A DNA stretch of 64,000 nt from the human T2T-CHM13v2.0 reference genome, Homo sapiens. The notes under the pieces were generated by a model that had not been told where the DNA came from, searched no databases, and saw only the letters and a list, made by a program, of their open reading frames with translations. Of this stretch, positions 63,676 through 64,000 are shown one piece after another. The DNA is taken from assembly GCA_009914755.4 (NCBI GenBank), contig CP068257.2, positions 31,392,001 through 31,456,000 of the forward strand. The letters are read 5' to 3'. The translations under genes and the position numbers were made by a program. Positions within the stretch are counted from its first letter, which is position 1, and each line of letters starts with the position of its first letter.

Positions 63676-64000
63676 ACAGGCACACATCTAGTTTCCACTC
63701 CTGAAGAACTTTGAGCTGGGATTGACGCTGGGTGGGTATGCAGTTTCTAAAACTCCACGGGCGAGAACAGCCAATTGTGCATGGCTGCCCAGGGATGGAA
63801 CGACTTGACTCGAGAGGGTCCAGTGTCAATGGCTGTGCTGCCTGAGAGTCTCCAGTTTCTAGACTAGTTTCTAAACCAAAGGCAGCCTCAAGTGCCTGTG
63901 GGTTAAAGCAGCTGCAGGTGTATGTTGAACTAATTCAACTAAGTTGAACTCTATCAACTAAATGAATTAGTCATCAACATTTGCAAATTGGAAGATTTTA

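Overview
This is primate (human) nuclear DNA, not a prokaryotic or accessory-genome sequence. It contains about 25 Alu SINEs in both orientations, several 3' fragments of LINE-1, one MADE1/mariner MITE, many microsatellites and three CpG islands. Two compact protein-coding genes lie on the + strand. The ORF at 3036..4007 encodes a 323-aa class-B bHLH factor that I recognise as human OLIG2. The ORF at 46457..47272 encodes the 271-aa paralogue OLIG1. The window is therefore the chr21q22.11 OLIG2-OLIG1 locus, with the two genes head-to-tail about 43 kb apart.

The OLIG2 gene structure can be read from the sequence. A TATA box sits at 2077-2085. A short non-coding exon 1 ends at a consensus GTAAGT donor at 2200. 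A 0.77-kb intron ends in a long (CT)n pyrimidine tract. One large exon, about 2974..5350, carries the whole CDS and a roughly 1.3-kb 3'UTR ending at an AATAAA at 5325. OLIG1 appears to be single-exon, with CCAAT and TATA-like promoter elements at 46236-46324 and polyadenylation signals near 48603 and 48655. Both genes sit in CpG islands. The 38 kb between them is ordinary intergenic sequence, made of transposable-element insertions with a few non-repetitive, CpG-retaining blocks that look like candidate regulatory elements.

I find no CRISPR arrays, operons, toxin or defence cassettes, or any convincing previously undescribed system. The items worth a second look are these: a CpG island about 5 kb downstream of OLIG2 that carries a splice-donor consensus; a TF-motif-dense non-repetitive block at about 28.1-28.5 kb; a MADE1 hairpin element split by an Alu with clear target-site duplications; a ~200-bp dispersed duplication that includes an L1 terminus junction; a 57-bp tandem duplication; and length-variable coding homopolymer tracts in both genes. 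TE boundaries are approximate (about +/-10 bp). Family assignment of old repeats is from memory of consensus sequences.
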